Shown: positions 63,386 to 64,000 of the stretch, piece by piece | Numbering within the stretch: the first letter of the stretch is position 1 | How the letters are laid out: every line of letters starts with the position of its first letter | Source of the DNA: Perna viridis | Taxonomy: Eukaryota | Reading direction: 5' to 3' | DNA length: 64,000 nt | Assembly (NCBI GenBank): GCA_037379345.1 | Contig: CM074516.1 | Span: 47,467,626 to 47,531,625 of the forward strand | The notes under the pieces: model-generated | What the model saw: only the letters and a program-made list of their open reading frames with translations | What the model was told of the DNA's origin: nothing | Database searches by the model: none | Translations under genes and position numbers: made by a program

Positions 63386-64000
63386 AACACCATCAAAGAA
63401 TACACACAGAAATAAAAAACCAAATGAACACAGACTCCTATAAAAACTTGGATCAGTGCACCTTGGCTTTGGTTTAACAGAACTATATACTGGTTGTTGT
63501 GATGCAAGAAGCTCCCTTAAAACAAGTGACAATGGAGCACTGTATTTATAATCCTTATATTGGTGGAGTTATCATAGCATACTATGGTGTGTCTATCTGT
63601 CTGTCCAAACCCTGCATAAAAACTAAAAAAGCTCAATAAAGGAATTTTTTTAAGTTCCATCTTGATGGAAATGAACAGACACTGTTTCCTTCTAAATGAA
63701 GATTTTCCAAAGGCAATGGGAGGGGGAGAGAAAATAAGATAGGGAACACAAATTCAAAATAGATGTTTTATTTATGAAGCAATTTACCATTGATAAATAA
63801 CAAGTCCAGAATAATTAGTAGAAAGTCAATAAGAGAAGTAACAAAATGAAAGACATCATAACAATAAAGAAACCATTTATACCAGAAAAGACATAACAAT
63901 AAACAAATCAAATTAAAGACATCATTGAAAGAAAACAAAAATCAGGTATAAAATTATATCCATGGAAACATCCAACAAAATTCTTTCCATGATATCAAAT

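Noticed and set aside
63023-63507. 142-aa and 67-aa repetitive ORFs
   Set aside because: They arise from the ~39-bp minisatellite; no domain or splice support.

Overview
AT-rich, intron-containing animal DNA. The repeat families (Helentron/HINE arrays, Penelope-like RT remnants, SINEs) point to a bivalve mollusc, plausibly Mytilus (inference). I assembled three spliced genes by hand from splice sites and reading frames: a 9-exon paraoxonase/arylesterase-family gene (+, 10073-17304), 5-exon NUS1/Nogo-B receptor (-, 24603-35885) and, head-to-head with it, 12-exon Polycomb EED (+, 38254-61869). A single-ORF LRR transmembrane receptor with no TIR domain (54497-57391) is nested on the same strand inside EED intron 10. 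Mobile DNA includes a near full-length APE-RT LINE, a decayed BEL/Pao LTR element, a hAT derivative with an 8-bp TSD, a SINE with an 11-bp TSD, several HINE-like elements and MITEs. The most unusual pattern is in EED. At four separate introns (before exons 6, 7, 11 and 12) the 3' splice site plus the first ~25-45 nt of the exon are tandemly duplicated upstream, forming ladders of decoy acceptors in which only the last copy gives intact EED. Other points: a U12-type intron in EED, ORF1 and ORF2 of the LINE in one frame across a single UAG, a paraoxonase lacking key catalytic histidines, and a dead partial copy of NUS1.
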